From positions 1 through 64,000 of the forward strand of contig JBGSUI010000056.1 in NCBI GenBank assembly GCA_041736175.1: a stretch of 64,000 bases of DNA, read 5' to 3'. Source of the DNA: Oligoflexales bacterium. Lineage in GTDB: Bacteria; Bdellovibrionota_B; Oligoflexia; Oligoflexales; CAIYRB01. Made by a program: the position numbers and the translations under genes. This document shows, in pieces, positions 40,336 to 50,927 of this stretch. Below the pieces are notes generated by a model. The model was given only the letters and a program-made list of their open reading frames with translations, ran no database searches and was not told the origin of the DNA. How positions within the stretch are numbered: the first letter of the stretch is position 1; each line of letters starts with the position of its first letter.

Positions 40336-43300
40336 ATGGTTCCCTTAAAGCATGTTTTCGATGCTATAAAACCTAAATTTAGTCTTCTAGGTCCTTTGAA
40401 TCACCGTACCGTGGAAGACCCTTTTTCGTTTAGCTTGCTGAGTCTCGATCAGCTCCAGCGGCACGCCCGACAAGTTGCCTTGCGCCATAAAACGATCCAG
40501 TCATCGATCCCTGATGGTCTCCTAAAAAAGCTTGCTGATAACGATGTCCTCTTGCATGAGACCTACGCTCAGCTCAATAAGGCTATCCAGGCAAAACAAC
40601 GCATCTCCCCCGCCAGTGAGTGGCTCCTGGACAACTTCCATCTTATCGAAGAGCAGATGCGCCTCGCCAAATGTCATTTGCCTAAAGGATATAGTCGCAA
40701 ACTGCCCCATCTGGCAGAGGCAGATGGCGTTGGCCATCCCCGTGTTTACGATATGGCCCTTGAGATTATCGCCCATGTGGATGGTCGCGTGGACCGAGAG
40801 AATATCACCTGTTTTGTCCGTGGCTATCAGTCCGTCACATCCCTACAACTTGGGGAGTTTTGGGCCATCCCGATTATGTTAAGACTGGCTTTGATCGAAA
40901 ACTTAGCCCGAGTCGCCGGGCGGGTGATGGCAGCCATCCACGACCGCAAGCTCGCCAATCATTGGGCCGACCAGCTTCTTTTCGCGGCAGAAAATCAACC
41001 CGCAAAGGTCATCCTCGTGGCTGCCGATATGGCCCGTTCCGAGCCACCGATGTCCAGCGCCTTTGTGGCAGAACTTATGCGACGACTGCGGGGCCAAACG
41101 GCAGGTTTAGATATTCCCCTGGCTTGGATCGAACAAAATCTGATTGAGCAGGGTCAAACCTCCCAACAGTTGGTCCAACTCGAAACCCACCAGCAGGCTG
41201 CTAACCAGGTCGCTGTTGGAGCGAGCATCGGTAGTTTAAGGTTTCTGAGCAGGATTGACTGGCGGGACTTTGTCGAGTCGGAATGCCTGGTCGAGACCGA
41301 GTTGCTCCGTGATCCATCCGGTGTTTATGGGACCATGGATTTTGCCACACGGGATCGCTACCGCCATGTGGTTGAAAACCTGGCAGCCCAAGTCTCTAAG
41401 CCCGAGTGGGAGGTGGCTCGTAAAGCGGTCGCCATGGCCCACGACCAGGCCCATGATCCCTGTCTTAAGCGCAAACATGTGGGCTATTATCTGATCGATC
41501 AAGGGTTTGAACAGCTTAAAGCATCCTTTCAAAAACAGGGGTTTTTTAGGGAAAATTGGATTCGCTTAAGGCCGCATCACCTGTGGCGCCTTCCCTGGCT
41601 GCTCTACTTTGGTGGCTTAGGATCTTTAACCCTATTGATTGCAATATTTATCTTGGGCCATCTCGGCCCCCTGGGCAGTCCAGGATTTATGGGACTTGTG
41701 GGATCTGTGGTATTGACCATCTCGCTCCTGCTGACTTCGAGCCTGTTTGCCCTCTCCGTCGTCCATTGGGTGGCGACTTTGGCCTTAAAACCCCATCTCC
41801 TTCCGAGACTTGATTTTTCGAATGGAATCCCCGACTCCGTCAGTACCCTGGTCGTGATCCCGACGCTGCTTGTTGCGCGGCATCAAATTGAGAGTCTCCT
41901 CTCTGCCCTTGAAGTCCGTTATCTGGCCAATCGGGACAAAAATCTATTTTTTGCCCTGCTCACTGATTTTAAGGACGCTCCCACGGAGACGATGCCCCAC
42001 GATGACGCTCTTGTGCAGCAAGTTTTGGCGGGGATTCAGCTCCTAAACCAAACCTACAAAGCCAAGAACCCCGACCAAAATCCCGATCTTGATATCTTTT
42101 GTCTATTCCATAGGCCGCGTGTTTGGAATCCCTACGAAAAAATATGGATGGGCTATGAGCGCAAGCGAGGTAAACTCGAGGCCCTTAATATGTATCTTCG
42201 AGGCAAATCCCCGCCAGGGGCTTTTTCATGCACCTTTGGAAAACTGCCATGGATCAAATATGTCATCACCCTTGATACCGACACCCAGCTTCCCGGTCAT
42301 GCCGCCCGTTTGATGGTTGGCACCATGGCCCATCCACTCAACGAACCTTGGTTTGATCCGAAGCTGCGAAGAGTCACCGAGGGCTACGGCATCCTCCAGC
42401 CACGGGTGGCTACAAACTTGCCATGTTCGCGCCGATCGCTCTTTGTAAGACTTTATGGAGGCGAAGTTGGTGTGGACCCTTACACGCGGGTAGTTTCCGA
42501 TGTCTATCAAGATCTTTTTAGCGAGGGATCTTATGTAGGCAAGGGAATCTATGACGTCGATGCCTTTTCCCTCTCCCTCCACGGTGCCCTCCCCGAAAAT
42601 CTTATTTTAAGCCATGATTTAATCGAAGGCTGTTATGCCCGCTCAGGACTCGTCAGTGATGTGGAGCTCTTTGACGAATTTCCGGCCCACATGCTGGATG
42701 ACACCAACCGCCGGTCCCGGTGGATACGAGGTGACTGGCAGATCGCAGCCTGGCTTTTTCCCTGGGTTCCTTCTTTGGACGGTGGTTTCCGGAGAAACAA
42801 GCTGTCCTTGTTTTCCAGATGGAAGATTTTTGACAACCTACGCCGCAGTTTAGTGCCCCTGGCCAATCTGCTACTCCTCTTTTTTTCCTGGACTTGGGAT
42901 GGTCCTCAAGGCGGTGGTCTCTTCCTTATGGGTTTTGTGGTGCTGATGATCCTTGCGCCGCCGTTGTTTGGGACTTTTGCAGCAGCGTCTCGCAAGGCAC
43001 CCGAGACTGCCCCAGGGCCCCACTGGAAGGCTGTAGGCTGGGCCACTTTAGTCCATGTGGTCCAAGGTCTCTTGGCCGTCGTCTTTTTACCCTTTGAAGT
43101 CTTGATGAATCTCAACGCGATCCTTCGCTCCTTATGGAGGATGTTGATCTCCCGCAAGCTTCTCTTACAGTGGAAATCAGCAAGCGATCCCCGCCAAGGG
43201 AGTGGGCAACAACTGAGTTTTTTTGTCCGCGTTATGATAGCTGGACCCTTGGCGGCTGTGGTGACCTTAGGCGTGCTTCTTGTGGCGCGCCCCGAGTCTT

Positions 43301-46300
43301 CCCATTCTTTGGTCTATGCCCTGCCGGTTTTAGTGTTGTGGTTTTTTTCACCCCTCGTGGCTTGGCGGCTTAGCCAAAATATTCCCCTACCTTCGGTCAA
43401 ATTGGACGAACAGCAGATTTTATTTTTGCACCGCCTTTCCCGTAAGACCTGGCGGTTTTTTGAAACCTTTGTCGGACCTCAGGACCATTGGTTGCCACCC
43501 GATAATTTTCAGGAGTATCCAGAACCCATCGTCGCCCACCGAACCTCTCCCACTAACATGGGCCTTTCCCTGCTGGCAAACCTTACGGCCTATGATTTCG
43601 GCTATCTTTCGGTCTCACAACTCCTCCAGCGGACCTCTCAATCCCTGGCCACCATGGCCCAGATGGAAAAATTTCGTGGGCATTTTTATAATTGGTATGA
43701 CACCCAAACCCTGAGACCGCTGCTTCCTCAGTATGTTTCCATGGTAGATAGCGGCAATCTTGCAGGTCTCTTGCTCACACTTAACCAAGGCCTGCGGGAG
43801 ATCCCTGACCATAAGATCGTTTCACCCCAGATTCTATCAGGACTCCGCGACACGCTGATGGTCGTGCAGGAGCACACAAAGGTCTCCTTACAGTCCATCT
43901 TTGCTCAGTTAAATTCTGGGCCGTCCCATCCCAATAGACTCCCATCGTGGATGTTGTTTCACAAGCAAATCTCCAAGGAGTGGGACGCCATTTCCATGGC
44001 GATCTCTCTTGAAAAGAGCGAGGTGTTACAGGACTGGGTTTTGGCATTTCAAAACCAGCTCCACAGTGGGATTCGTTTACCCCTCGAAGAATGGGTTCCT
44101 TGGTTTGTCCTGTGTCAAGAAAAGGACCCCCCGTCTGGAGAAACCTATAGTGGTTTAAAGGAATTTCTTGCAACCCGTGACGAGCTTCCGACCCTGAGAG
44201 AGTCGAACCGGATTGCACATGAGATCCTTACGAGATTAGACGCACTTCCTGGAGATCCGTGGCCTATTAAACTACGGAGCAGCGCGGCGGAGCAGAACCA
44301 GCGGTTTCAAGACTTGACCGGCACGCTTCAAAAATCCATGGCGTTGATCGAACAGTTTTCACATCTGGACTACGAGTTTCTCTACGACAAAACCCAGCAC
44401 CTACTCAGCATCGGCTACAATGTGACCGAGCATCGGCGGGACCAGGGTTTCTACGATCTCCTTGCGTCCGAAGCTCGTCTCGGGAGCTATGTGGCCATCG
44501 CCCAGGGGACCCTTCCTGAGGAGCATTGGTTTGCCCTTGGGCGGCTTTTGACGACTTGGAATCACCAGACAACCCTCCTGTCGTGGAGTGGTTCTATGTT
44601 CGAATACTTGATGCCACTTCTCGTTATGCCCACCTTTAAAGAGACCCTCCTTGACCGGACCTACGAGACAGCAGTCGCGCGCCAAATTAGCTACGGCCAA
44701 GAGCGCGGGGTCCCTTGGGGTATTTCCGAGAGCGGCTATAACACGACTGATGTCAACCTAAACTACCAATACCGCGCCTTTGGAGTGCCCGGACTTGGAC
44801 TTAAAAGAGGCTTGGTGGATGACCTCGTGATCGCCCCCTATGCAAGCACCATGGCGTTGATGGTTTTTCCAGAAAAAGCCTGCGAAAACCTCCAGAGGAT
44901 GCACGGAGAAGGCTGGGAAGGAGCCTACGGATTTTATGAGGCCATCGATTTTACACCCAGTCGCATCAGCGGTGGCCAGTCCTCGGCCATTATCCGGTCC
45001 TATATGGCTCACCATCACGGGATGAGTTTTTTGGCACTGTCCTATCTCCTCCACGACCGTCTGATGCCAAAGAGGTTTAGCTCCCATCCCCAGTGTTATG
45101 CTATGGAGATGCTGCTTCACGAACGGGTCCCCAAAGCTACGCGCCTTTATCCCCATGCACCCGAAGTTTCGGGAGCCCATCTGCTCAGTGTCGATCATGG
45201 CCCCGACCTTCGAGTGATCTCTACACCTTACACACCGGTTCCCGAGGTTCATCTCCTGTCTAACGGACGTTACTCCGTGATGATGACCAACTCGGGCGGG
45301 GGCTACAGCCACTGGAATGGACTTGCGCTCACCCGCTGGCGTGAGGATCCCACCTGTGACGACTGGGGGACTTTTTGTTTTATCCGCGACATCGATACGG
45401 GGGCAGTCTGGTCCGTGACCCATCAGCCGAGCCTCAAAAATACGGCGATGTACGAAGCGATCTTTTCCCAGTCACGGGCGGAGTATCGCCGCACGGACCA
45501 TGGTCTCGAAGTCCATACAGAAGTCGCCGTTTCGCCCGAAGATGATATAGAGATGCGACGGTTTAGTCTGACCAACACGACCTCCCAGCCTAAGGTGATC
45601 GAGTTGACAACCTATAGCGAGATCGTCTTGGCTCCCCAGGCTATGGATGAGGCCCATCCAGCATTTGCCAATCTTTTTGTCCAGACCGAGATCCTCCCCC
45701 ATAAACAATCGATCCTTTGTACCCGACGACCTCGCTCTGATGAGGATAGGACGCCAACGTTACTTCACCTGATGACGGTTCATGGTCCTATCGTAGGCGA
45801 AGCCTCCTATGAAACGGATCGCTCAAGGTTTATAGGTCGCGGCAGGTCCATCCATGATGCCGTGGCTATGACTATGGCTAGGAATACGTCTGTGGATATG
45901 GAGGACACTAGTCATGATCACCGGTCGCTTTCGGGGGCCCAAGGCTCTGTCCTAGATCCCATCGTGGCTATCCGCCAGCGATTTGTGATCGAGCCGGAGG
46001 GGACCGTCAAGGTGCATACAGTCACGGGGATTGGCGAAACCAGAGACATAGCTTTGGGTTTAGTAGAAAAATACCGCGACCGCCACGTAGCTGACCGGGT
46101 GTTCGAACTCGCTTGGACCCATCGCCAAGTCGTCTTGAGACAACGCAACACCAGCGAGGCCGACGCACAGCTCTTCGGTCGACTGGCTAGTTCGATTCTC
46201 TATGCAAACCCCCAAAGACGTCCGAGTCCGACGATCTTAGGGAAAAACCGCCGTGGACAGTCGGGCCTCTGGGCTTACGGAATCTCCGGCGATCTGCCGA

Positions 46301-49110
46301 TTATTTTATTACGGCTCAGTGGACAGTCTAAATTTGAAATCGTTCATCAGATGATCCAAGCCCACGGCTACTGGGATACGATGGGACTGGGCGTCGACCT
46401 GGTTCTTCTAAACGAAGACCATTCGGGATATCGCCAAGAGTTTCAGGAACGACTCACTAGTTTAATCAATGCCGCCAATTCGATCCATCAGCCCCAAAAA
46501 GCTGGAAAGATCTATCTCTGTCAGGCAGAACTGATGTCCGAAGACGACCAGATCCTCTTGCAGACGGTGGCCCGAGCCGTGCTTTCTGACTTAAAAGGAA
46601 CCCTTGGTGAACAGATGAATCCCTGGCGGCGGCAACGCCCTCTCTTGGACGCTCTCGTGCCGACCAAAAACCCACCGAAAAGCGGACGGTCTGCCGTCGC
46701 CCTCGATTTTGATCCCAAGGACCTCCAGCTTTGGAATGGAACCGGTGGTTTTTCCCCCGATGGCAGAGAGTACTGGATCGTCACCGGGGCCCAACACAAA
46801 ACCCCAGCCCCATGGGCCCATGTGATCGCCAATCAGTTTTTCGGGAGCGTCGTCTCCGAAAGCGGCGCGGCTTATACCTGGTGTGAAAACGCCCATGAGA
46901 TGCGGCTGACACCTTGGCATAACGATGCCCTGACCGACCGCAGCGGCGAAGCCTTTTACCTAAGAGATGAGGAAACCGGTGCCTATTGGTCGCCGACTCC
47001 GCTGCCGGCACCTGGTGATGGGCCAACCCTGACAAAACATGGATTTGGTTATTCGGTCTTCACCCAGACCAACCTCGAGATCCACAGTCAACTCACAAGC
47101 TTTGTGGCGATCGATGCTCCGGTCAAAATCGCCCTGATCAAGCTGAAAAATCTCTCTGATCACACCCGCCAGCTATCCCTGACGGGATACTGTGAATGGG
47201 TCCTGGGGAAACATCGGTCTAAGTCACTCCTGCATCTCGTCAGCGAAGTGGATTTTGCGACCGGTGCCGTCTTTGTGCGCAATCCCTATCATGGCGAATT
47301 TGGCGGCCGGATTGCCTTTGTCAATATCAGCGAAAAAAACCGGACGTTGACCTGTGATCGCAGCGAGTTTATCGGCCGTAACGGTCATTTGAGTCGGCCA
47401 GCGGCCATGGAGCGCAGGGGACTCTCCGGGCGGATAGGAGCGGGGCTTGATCCCTGCACGGCGTTGCAGTCTAAGCTTGAACTCAAAAGCGGCGAAGAGC
47501 GTGAAATCGTCGTGGTCCTCGGGATGGCCCGCGACGTGGGTGATGCCCATACGCTGCTCCTGCGTTTTAGCCAGCCCCATGAAGCTCATCTGGCCTTAGA
47601 TGCGGTCAAACGGCACTGGCGCCGGAGTTTAGGGGCCGTCCAAATTGAGACTCCCGACCGGGCTCTTAATATCATCGCTAATGGCTGGTTGCTTTACCAA
47701 ACCCTGGCCTGTCGACTTTGGGCGCGGAGCGGGTATTACCAATCGGGGGGTGCCTTTGGATTTCGCGACCAACTCCAAGACACCATGGCCCTGCTCCATC
47801 ACGAGCCGGTGCTTTTGCGTCATCAGTTGCTCCTCTGTGCCTCGCGGCAATACCGAGAGGGGGATGTGCAGCACTGGTGGCATCCACCTGGTGGACTTGG
47901 GGTACGCACTCATTTTTCCGATGACTACCTGTGGCTTCCTCTTGCCGCAAGTCGCTATGTGTGGGCCACTGGTGATACGGGTGTCTTAGGAGAGCGGATT
48001 CATTTCCTCGAAGGCCGCCAGGTTAAGGTCAACGAAGAAGCCTATATCGATCAACCGTCACGGTCCGACGAATCGGCGACCTTCTATGAACACTGTGTGC
48101 GCGCCATTCGGTTTGGACTTAAGTTTGGAAAAAACGGCCTGCCCCTTATGGGCTGCGGCGACTGGAACGACGGCATGAACCTGGTGGGGGCGCGAGGCAA
48201 AGGAGAAAGTGTTTGGCTCGGATTTTTTCTCTACGACGTGCTCACCAAGTTTGCAAAAATCGCCACTCTCTTTGGAGACCCTGATTTTGCTGCCTTTGCC
48301 CTTAGCGAGGCCCACAAGCTAAAGCTTAATCTCGAAAACAACGCCTGGGACGGAGCCTGGTACCGCCGCGCTTACTTTGATGAGGGTCAACCCCTAGGCT
48401 CTAAGGACAACCAGGAATGCCAGATCGACTCCCTCCCCCAAAGCTGGTCGGTCCTCTCGGGAGCAGGGGACCCCCAAAGGGCGCGATTAGGAATGGAGGC
48501 TGTGGACCAGCGGTTGGTTGATCGCCAGTATGGAATCATAAAACTGTTTGATCCACCCTTTGACCACGCGGCTTTAAATCCTGGCTATATCAAAGGCTAC
48601 GTCCCGGGAGTCCGTGAAAACGGCGGGCAGTATACCCACGCGGCTATTTGGATGGCCATGGCGTTTGCTGCCATGGGAGATCGCAAGAGGGCATGGGAAC
48701 TCACCAAGATGATCAACCCCCTCTCCCATACGGACACTCCCGAAAAGTGCGACCGTTATAAAGTCGAGCCCTACGTGATGGCTGCCGACGTCTATGCCGT
48801 CGCTCCCCACGAAGGCCGCGGTGGATGGACTTGGTACACGGGGTCTGCAGGGTGGATGTACCGTCTGATCCTTGAGTCGATCTTGGGGCTACGCCTTGAG
48901 GTGGACCGGCTGGTCTTTGATCCTTGTTTACCGGAAGGGTGGGATGGTTTTCGACTTACCTATCGTTATCGCGAGACCACCTATCAGATCGAGGTGCGTG
49001 TCTCAGGGGACGGGGTCAGGCACCTATGGGTGGACGGGGTCGAGCAGGATGGTCACAGTCTCTTGCTGGTCGATGACCATAAGGAGCACGGGGTTGTGAT
49101 CGTCATTTAA
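40336..49110 (+). CDS. ndvB: Cyclic beta-1,2-glucan synthase (Cgs/NdvB/ChvB): GT84, cyclase region and GH94 phosphorylase
   Basis: 2924 aa; EWLLDN, GYERKRGKL, TLDTDT, GKGIYD, SHDL.EG, RW.RGDWQ, PPDNFQE..RTSPTN, WGISES, GFRDQLQD, GDWNDGMN, RENGGQYTH, WTWYTGSAGW. Confidence 0.93.
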   Translation: MVPLKHVFDAIKPKFSLLGPLNHRTVEDPFSFSLLSLDQLQRHARQVALRHKTIQSSIPDGLLKKLADNDVLLHETYAQLNKAIQAKQRISPASEWLLDNFHLIEEQMRLAKCHLPKGYSRKLPHLAEADGVGHPRVYDMALEIIAHVDGRVDRENITCFVRGYQSVTSLQLGEFWAIPIMLRLALIENLARVAGRVMAAIHDRKLANHWADQLLFAAENQPAKVILVAADMARSEPPMSSAFVAELMRRLRGQTAGLDIPLAWIEQNLIEQGQTSQQLVQLETHQQAANQVAVGASIGSLRFLSRIDWRDFVESECLVETELLRDPSGVYGTMDFATRDRYRHVVENLAAQVSKPEWEVARKAVAMAHDQAHDPCLKRKHVGYYLIDQGFEQLKASFQKQGFFRENWIRLRPHHLWRLPWLLYFGGLGSLTLLIAIFILGHLGPLGSPGFMGLVGSVVLTISLLLTSSLFALSVVHWVATLALKPHLLPRLDFSNGIPDSVSTLVVIPTLLVARHQIESLLSALEVRYLANRDKNLFFALLTDFKDAPTETMPHDDALVQQVLAGIQLLNQTYKAKNPDQNPDLDIFCLFHRPRVWNPYEKIWMGYERKRGKLEALNMYLRGKSPPGAFSCTFGKLPWIKYVITLDTDTQLPGHAARLMVGTMAHPLNEPWFDPKLRRVTEGYGILQPRVATNLPCSRRSLFVRLYGGEVGVDPYTRVVSDVYQDLFSEGSYVGKGIYDVDAFSLSLHGALPENLILSHDLIEGCYARSGLVSDVELFDEFPAHMLDDTNRRSRWIRGDWQIAAWLFPWVPSLDGGFRRNKLSLFSRWKIFDNLRRSLVPLANLLLLFFSWTWDGPQGGGLFLMGFVVLMILAPPLFGTFAAASRKAPETAPGPHWKAVGWATLVHVVQGLLAVVFLPFEVLMNLNAILRSLWRMLISRKLLLQWKSASDPRQGSGQQLSFFVRVMIAGPLAAVVTLGVLLVARPESSHSLVYALPVLVLWFFSPLVAWRLSQNIPLPSVKLDEQQILFLHRLSRKTWRFFETFVGPQDHWLPPDNFQEYPEPIVAHRTSPTNMGLSLLANLTAYDFGYLSVSQLLQRTSQSLATMAQMEKFRGHFYNWYDTQTLRPLLPQYVSMVDSGNLAGLLLTLNQGLREIPDHKIVSPQILSGLRDTLMVVQEHTKVSLQSIFAQLNSGPSHPNRLPSWMLFHKQISKEWDAISMAISLEKSEVLQDWVLAFQNQLHSGIRLPLEEWVPWFVLCQEKDPPSGETYSGLKEFLATRDELPTLRESNRIAHEILTRLDALPGDPWPIKLRSSAAEQNQRFQDLTGTLQKSMALIEQFSHLDYEFLYDKTQHLLSIGYNVTEHRRDQGFYDLLASEARLGSYVAIAQGTLPEEHWFALGRLLTTWNHQTTLLSWSGSMFEYLMPLLVMPTFKETLLDRTYETAVARQISYGQERGVPWGISESGYNTTDVNLNYQYRAFGVPGLGLKRGLVDDLVIAPYASTMALMVFPEKACENLQRMHGEGWEGAYGFYEAIDFTPSRISGGQSSAIIRSYMAHHHGMSFLALSYLLHDRLMPKRFSSHPQCYAMEMLLHERVPKATRLYPHAPEVSGAHLLSVDHGPDLRVISTPYTPVPEVHLLSNGRYSVMMTNSGGGYSHWNGLALTRWREDPTCDDWGTFCFIRDIDTGAVWSVTHQPSLKNTAMYEAIFSQSRAEYRRTDHGLEVHTEVAVSPEDDIEMRRFSLTNTTSQPKVIELTTYSEIVLAPQAMDEAHPAFANLFVQTEILPHKQSILCTRRPRSDEDRTPTLLHLMTVHGPIVGEASYETDRSRFIGRGRSIHDAVAMTMARNTSVDMEDTSHDHRSLSGAQGSVLDPIVAIRQRFVIEPEGTVKVHTVTGIGETRDIALGLVEKYRDRHVADRVFELAWTHRQVVLRQRNTSEADAQLFGRLASSILYANPQRRPSPTILGKNRRGQSGLWAYGISGDLPIILLRLSGQSKFEIVHQMIQAHGYWDTMGLGVDLVLLNEDHSGYRQEFQERLTSLINAANSIHQPQKAGKIYLCQAELMSEDDQILLQTVARAVLSDLKGTLGEQMNPWRRQRPLLDALVPTKNPPKSGRSAVALDFDPKDLQLWNGTGGFSPDGREYWIVTGAQHKTPAPWAHVIANQFFGSVVSESGAAYTWCENAHEMRLTPWHNDALTDRSGEAFYLRDEETGAYWSPTPLPAPGDGPTLTKHGFGYSVFTQTNLEIHSQLTSFVAIDAPVKIALIKLKNLSDHTRQLSLTGYCEWVLGKHRSKSLLHLVSEVDFATGAVFVRNPYHGEFGGRIAFVNISEKNRTLTCDRSEFIGRNGHLSRPAAMERRGLSGRIGAGLDPCTALQSKLELKSGEEREIVVVLGMARDVGDAHTLLLRFSQPHEAHLALDAVKRHWRRSLGAVQIETPDRALNIIANGWLLYQTLACRLWARSGYYQSGGAFGFRDQLQDTMALLHHEPVLLRHQLLLCASRQYREGDVQHWWHPPGGLGVRTHFSDDYLWLPLAASRYVWATGDTGVLGERIHFLEGRQVKVNEEAYIDQPSRSDESATFYEHCVRAIRFGLKFGKNGLPLMGCGDWNDGMNLVGARGKGESVWLGFFLYDVLTKFAKIATLFGDPDFAAFALSEAHKLKLNLENNAWDGAWYRRAYFDEGQPLGSKDNQECQIDSLPQSWSVLSGAGDPQRARLGMEAVDQRLVDRQYGIIKLFDPPFDHAALNPGYIKGYVPGVRENGGQYTHAAIWMAMAFAAMGDRKRAWELTKMINPLSHTDTPEKCDRYKVEPYVMAADVYAVAPHEGRGGWTWYTGSAGWMYRLILESILGLRLEVDRLVFDPCLPEGWDGFRLTYRYRETTYQIEVRVSGDGVRHLWVDGVEQDGHSLLLVDDHKEHGVVIVI

Positions 49111-49121
49111 TAGAGTTTGGA

Positions 49122-49145
49122 ATGATTCGTCCCGGGGCGAATCAT
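49122..49145. repeat. 24-bp near-perfect palindrome ATGATTCGTCCCGGGGCGAATCAT (REP-like or bidirectional terminator)
   Basis: Read directly; one T/G mismatch; lies between convergent genes; related copies at 50928 and 22012. Confidence 0.8.
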
Positions 49146-49184
49146 GTCGGCCCCTGAGTTTCAAGTTTTGCCGGGGGGCCTCAC

Positions 49185-49508
49185 CTAGGTGCATAGTCCT
49201 TTAAAGACGACTTTTTGCTGGTAGGAAAGAAATTTATAGCTGGTGACATGTTCTGTTGTCACTTGGGCAATGCGGCCTGGGCACTGCTTTTCAAGTTTTT
49301 TAATTCCTTTTTCCACATAATCTGTATTAAAGGCAAAAAACAAAATGATGTAGTCGGTACTTTCTGCGGTGACCCATCGGCCCATTTTGTAGGTGACCTC
49401 AGGATCCATGGACCCGATGTACTGTTGGTGGATCGAATGGGAGCAGGATAGACTCAGCAAACTTATGTACCCTGAAATCCCCAGTAGCAAAATATTTTTC
49501 ATGGTCAA
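49185..49508 (-). CDS. Small lipoprotein, paralog 4 (TRL/YbjQ-like fold suspected)
   Basis: LSLS-C lipobox; L..QCP.....V....GLC pattern shared with neighbours. Confidence 0.72.
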   Translation of the reverse strand: MTMKNILLLGISGYISLLSLSCSHSIHQQYIGSMDPEVTYKMGRWVTAESTDYIILFFAFNTDYVEKGIKKLEKQCPGRIAQVTTEHVTSYKFLSYQQKVVFKGLCT

Positions 49509-49903
49509 CTCCGCACTGATCGTGTGGATTTTTTATTGTTTTTTTTGGATTTTTCACCCTCAACGCAGTATCCTTTCATCACGACCTCACTTGTACTCAC
49601 CAGAATAGGAACATAAGTAGTCGTTTGGTACTTGCACATAAGCCCCTCGATCTGTCCCCTTGGACAAGCACTTAACAGCGCCCCTTTTGCTTCATCGATA
49701 TAACTGATCCCAAAAGGAATCAAAAGTATAGTGACCGCATTTTTTGAGACTTCAACGGGATTTTTACGCGCACTAAGCTCGGGAATCTGGCTTACAGTGA
49801 TAGAGTTTACGGATTGGCATGCAATGATGCTCCCGAAGCTCCCAGCAATAATCAGGATTAGAAGGATTTTTCTTATCATCAGCTGATTCCTAGAGTTGGT
49901 CAT
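49505..49903 (-). CDS. Small lipoprotein, paralog 3
   Basis: IIA-C lipobox; LLSACPRG...VVMKGYC; 4-bp overlap with the next gene. Confidence 0.72.
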   Translation of the reverse strand: MTNSRNQLMIRKILLILIIAGSFGSIIACQSVNSITVSQIPELSARKNPVEVSKNAVTILLIPFGISYIDEAKGALLSACPRGQIEGLMCKYQTTTYVPILVSTSEVVMKGYCVEGEKSKKNNKKSTRSVRS

Positions 49904-49930
49904 TCGTGATTCCTTGGGAGCTATCTATAG

Positions 49931-50317
49931 TTACAGTCCGGTAGCCAGCTCATCAGGCAGTGACCCATCTTCTTGAGCGATGTTTTTGGGTGGGTTTACA
50001 CAATAAGCTTCTACCCGGGTGACTTCGGCCCATACAAAAAAAAGAAAATACATAGTTATCAGATCTTTAGTTAAAACCCCCTGCACAGCCCCCTTGGGGC
50101 AAGCATTTCGGAGCTTTTCAGGGAGTTTAAAAGCCTGGTCGTTGTCAAAGTTGAACCCTAAAAAAATCAGTTTCTCATTGACAACTTTTATAGGATGCCT
50201 ACGGTCCTGTGGAAGATTGGTTTGGGAAATCGAGCGCGCAAAGGTACACCCTAAGGAGCTTAGGACCAATCCAAACCAAATGAAATGAAGCCTTTTTACC
50301 ATGCCATCTCCAATCAA
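49931..50317 (-). CDS. Small lipoprotein, paralog 2 (start may be 50302)
   Basis: SLG-C lipobox; LRNACPKG...RVEAYC. Confidence 0.72.
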   Translation of the reverse strand: MIGDGMVKRLHFIWFGLVLSSLGCTFARSISQTNLPQDRRHPIKVVNEKLIFLGFNFDNDQAFKLPEKLRNACPKGAVQGVLTKDLITMYFLFFVWAEVTRVEAYCVNPPKNIAQEDGSLPDELATGL

Positions 50318-50373
50318 TCACCCGCAGGAAGTATTCGCTAGACACCGGTTTCGGCTAAGAGTTGTCCCACTCA

Positions 50374-50838
50374 TTAACGCGCTCTGTTGGTCACACATAC
50401 GGCATCGATCCGTACCACCTCTCCCTTGACGACAGGGTACTCTCTCGATTCACGGACGCTGATAATATCGGTCAAAGTACCGTTTTTGCATTCTGATGCT
50501 AAGCGCTGCGGGATATCTCTGGCATACAGCTCATTAAACACAGGGGTTCCTGTAGTCGGACCCATTTGGAAGAATGTGGTATAAGCCTGGAGGAGCTTCC
50601 CAGTATTTTCTGCTCCACGGCTTTTAAAGGTCTGACCAGCCGCTCGGGTTAAGTCACCTAATTCCCTGAGAGAGACAGTGGTTTCGCTGGCTTTTATAGA
50701 AACCTTTTTGCGAACTTTCCCTTTAGGCCGGTTTAAATCGCTTAGCTGAACCTTATGGAGGACAGCGCATCCTGAAAGGACGGCGTTAAGACTTAATAGA
50801 ATTAGAAAAATTAAACGAATTCTCATATCTATCCACAT
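50374..50838 (-). CDS. Small lipoprotein, paralog 1 (start may be 50826)
   Basis: LSG-C lipobox; LASECKNG...RIDAVC. Confidence 0.7.
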   Translation of the reverse strand: MWIDMRIRLIFLILLSLNAVLSGCAVLHKVQLSDLNRPKGKVRKKVSIKASETTVSLRELGDLTRAAGQTFKSRGAENTGKLLQAYTTFFQMGPTTGTPVFNELYARDIPQRLASECKNGTLTDIISVRESREYPVVKGEVVRIDAVCVTNRAR

Positions 50839-50927
50839 TGGCTGCTAAACTGTAGCTAAGGTCTTTGTTTGTAGAGTCTATCAGACAGTGATGGCAAAAA
50901 CCAGAACCGTGACCTCATCTCTGCAGG

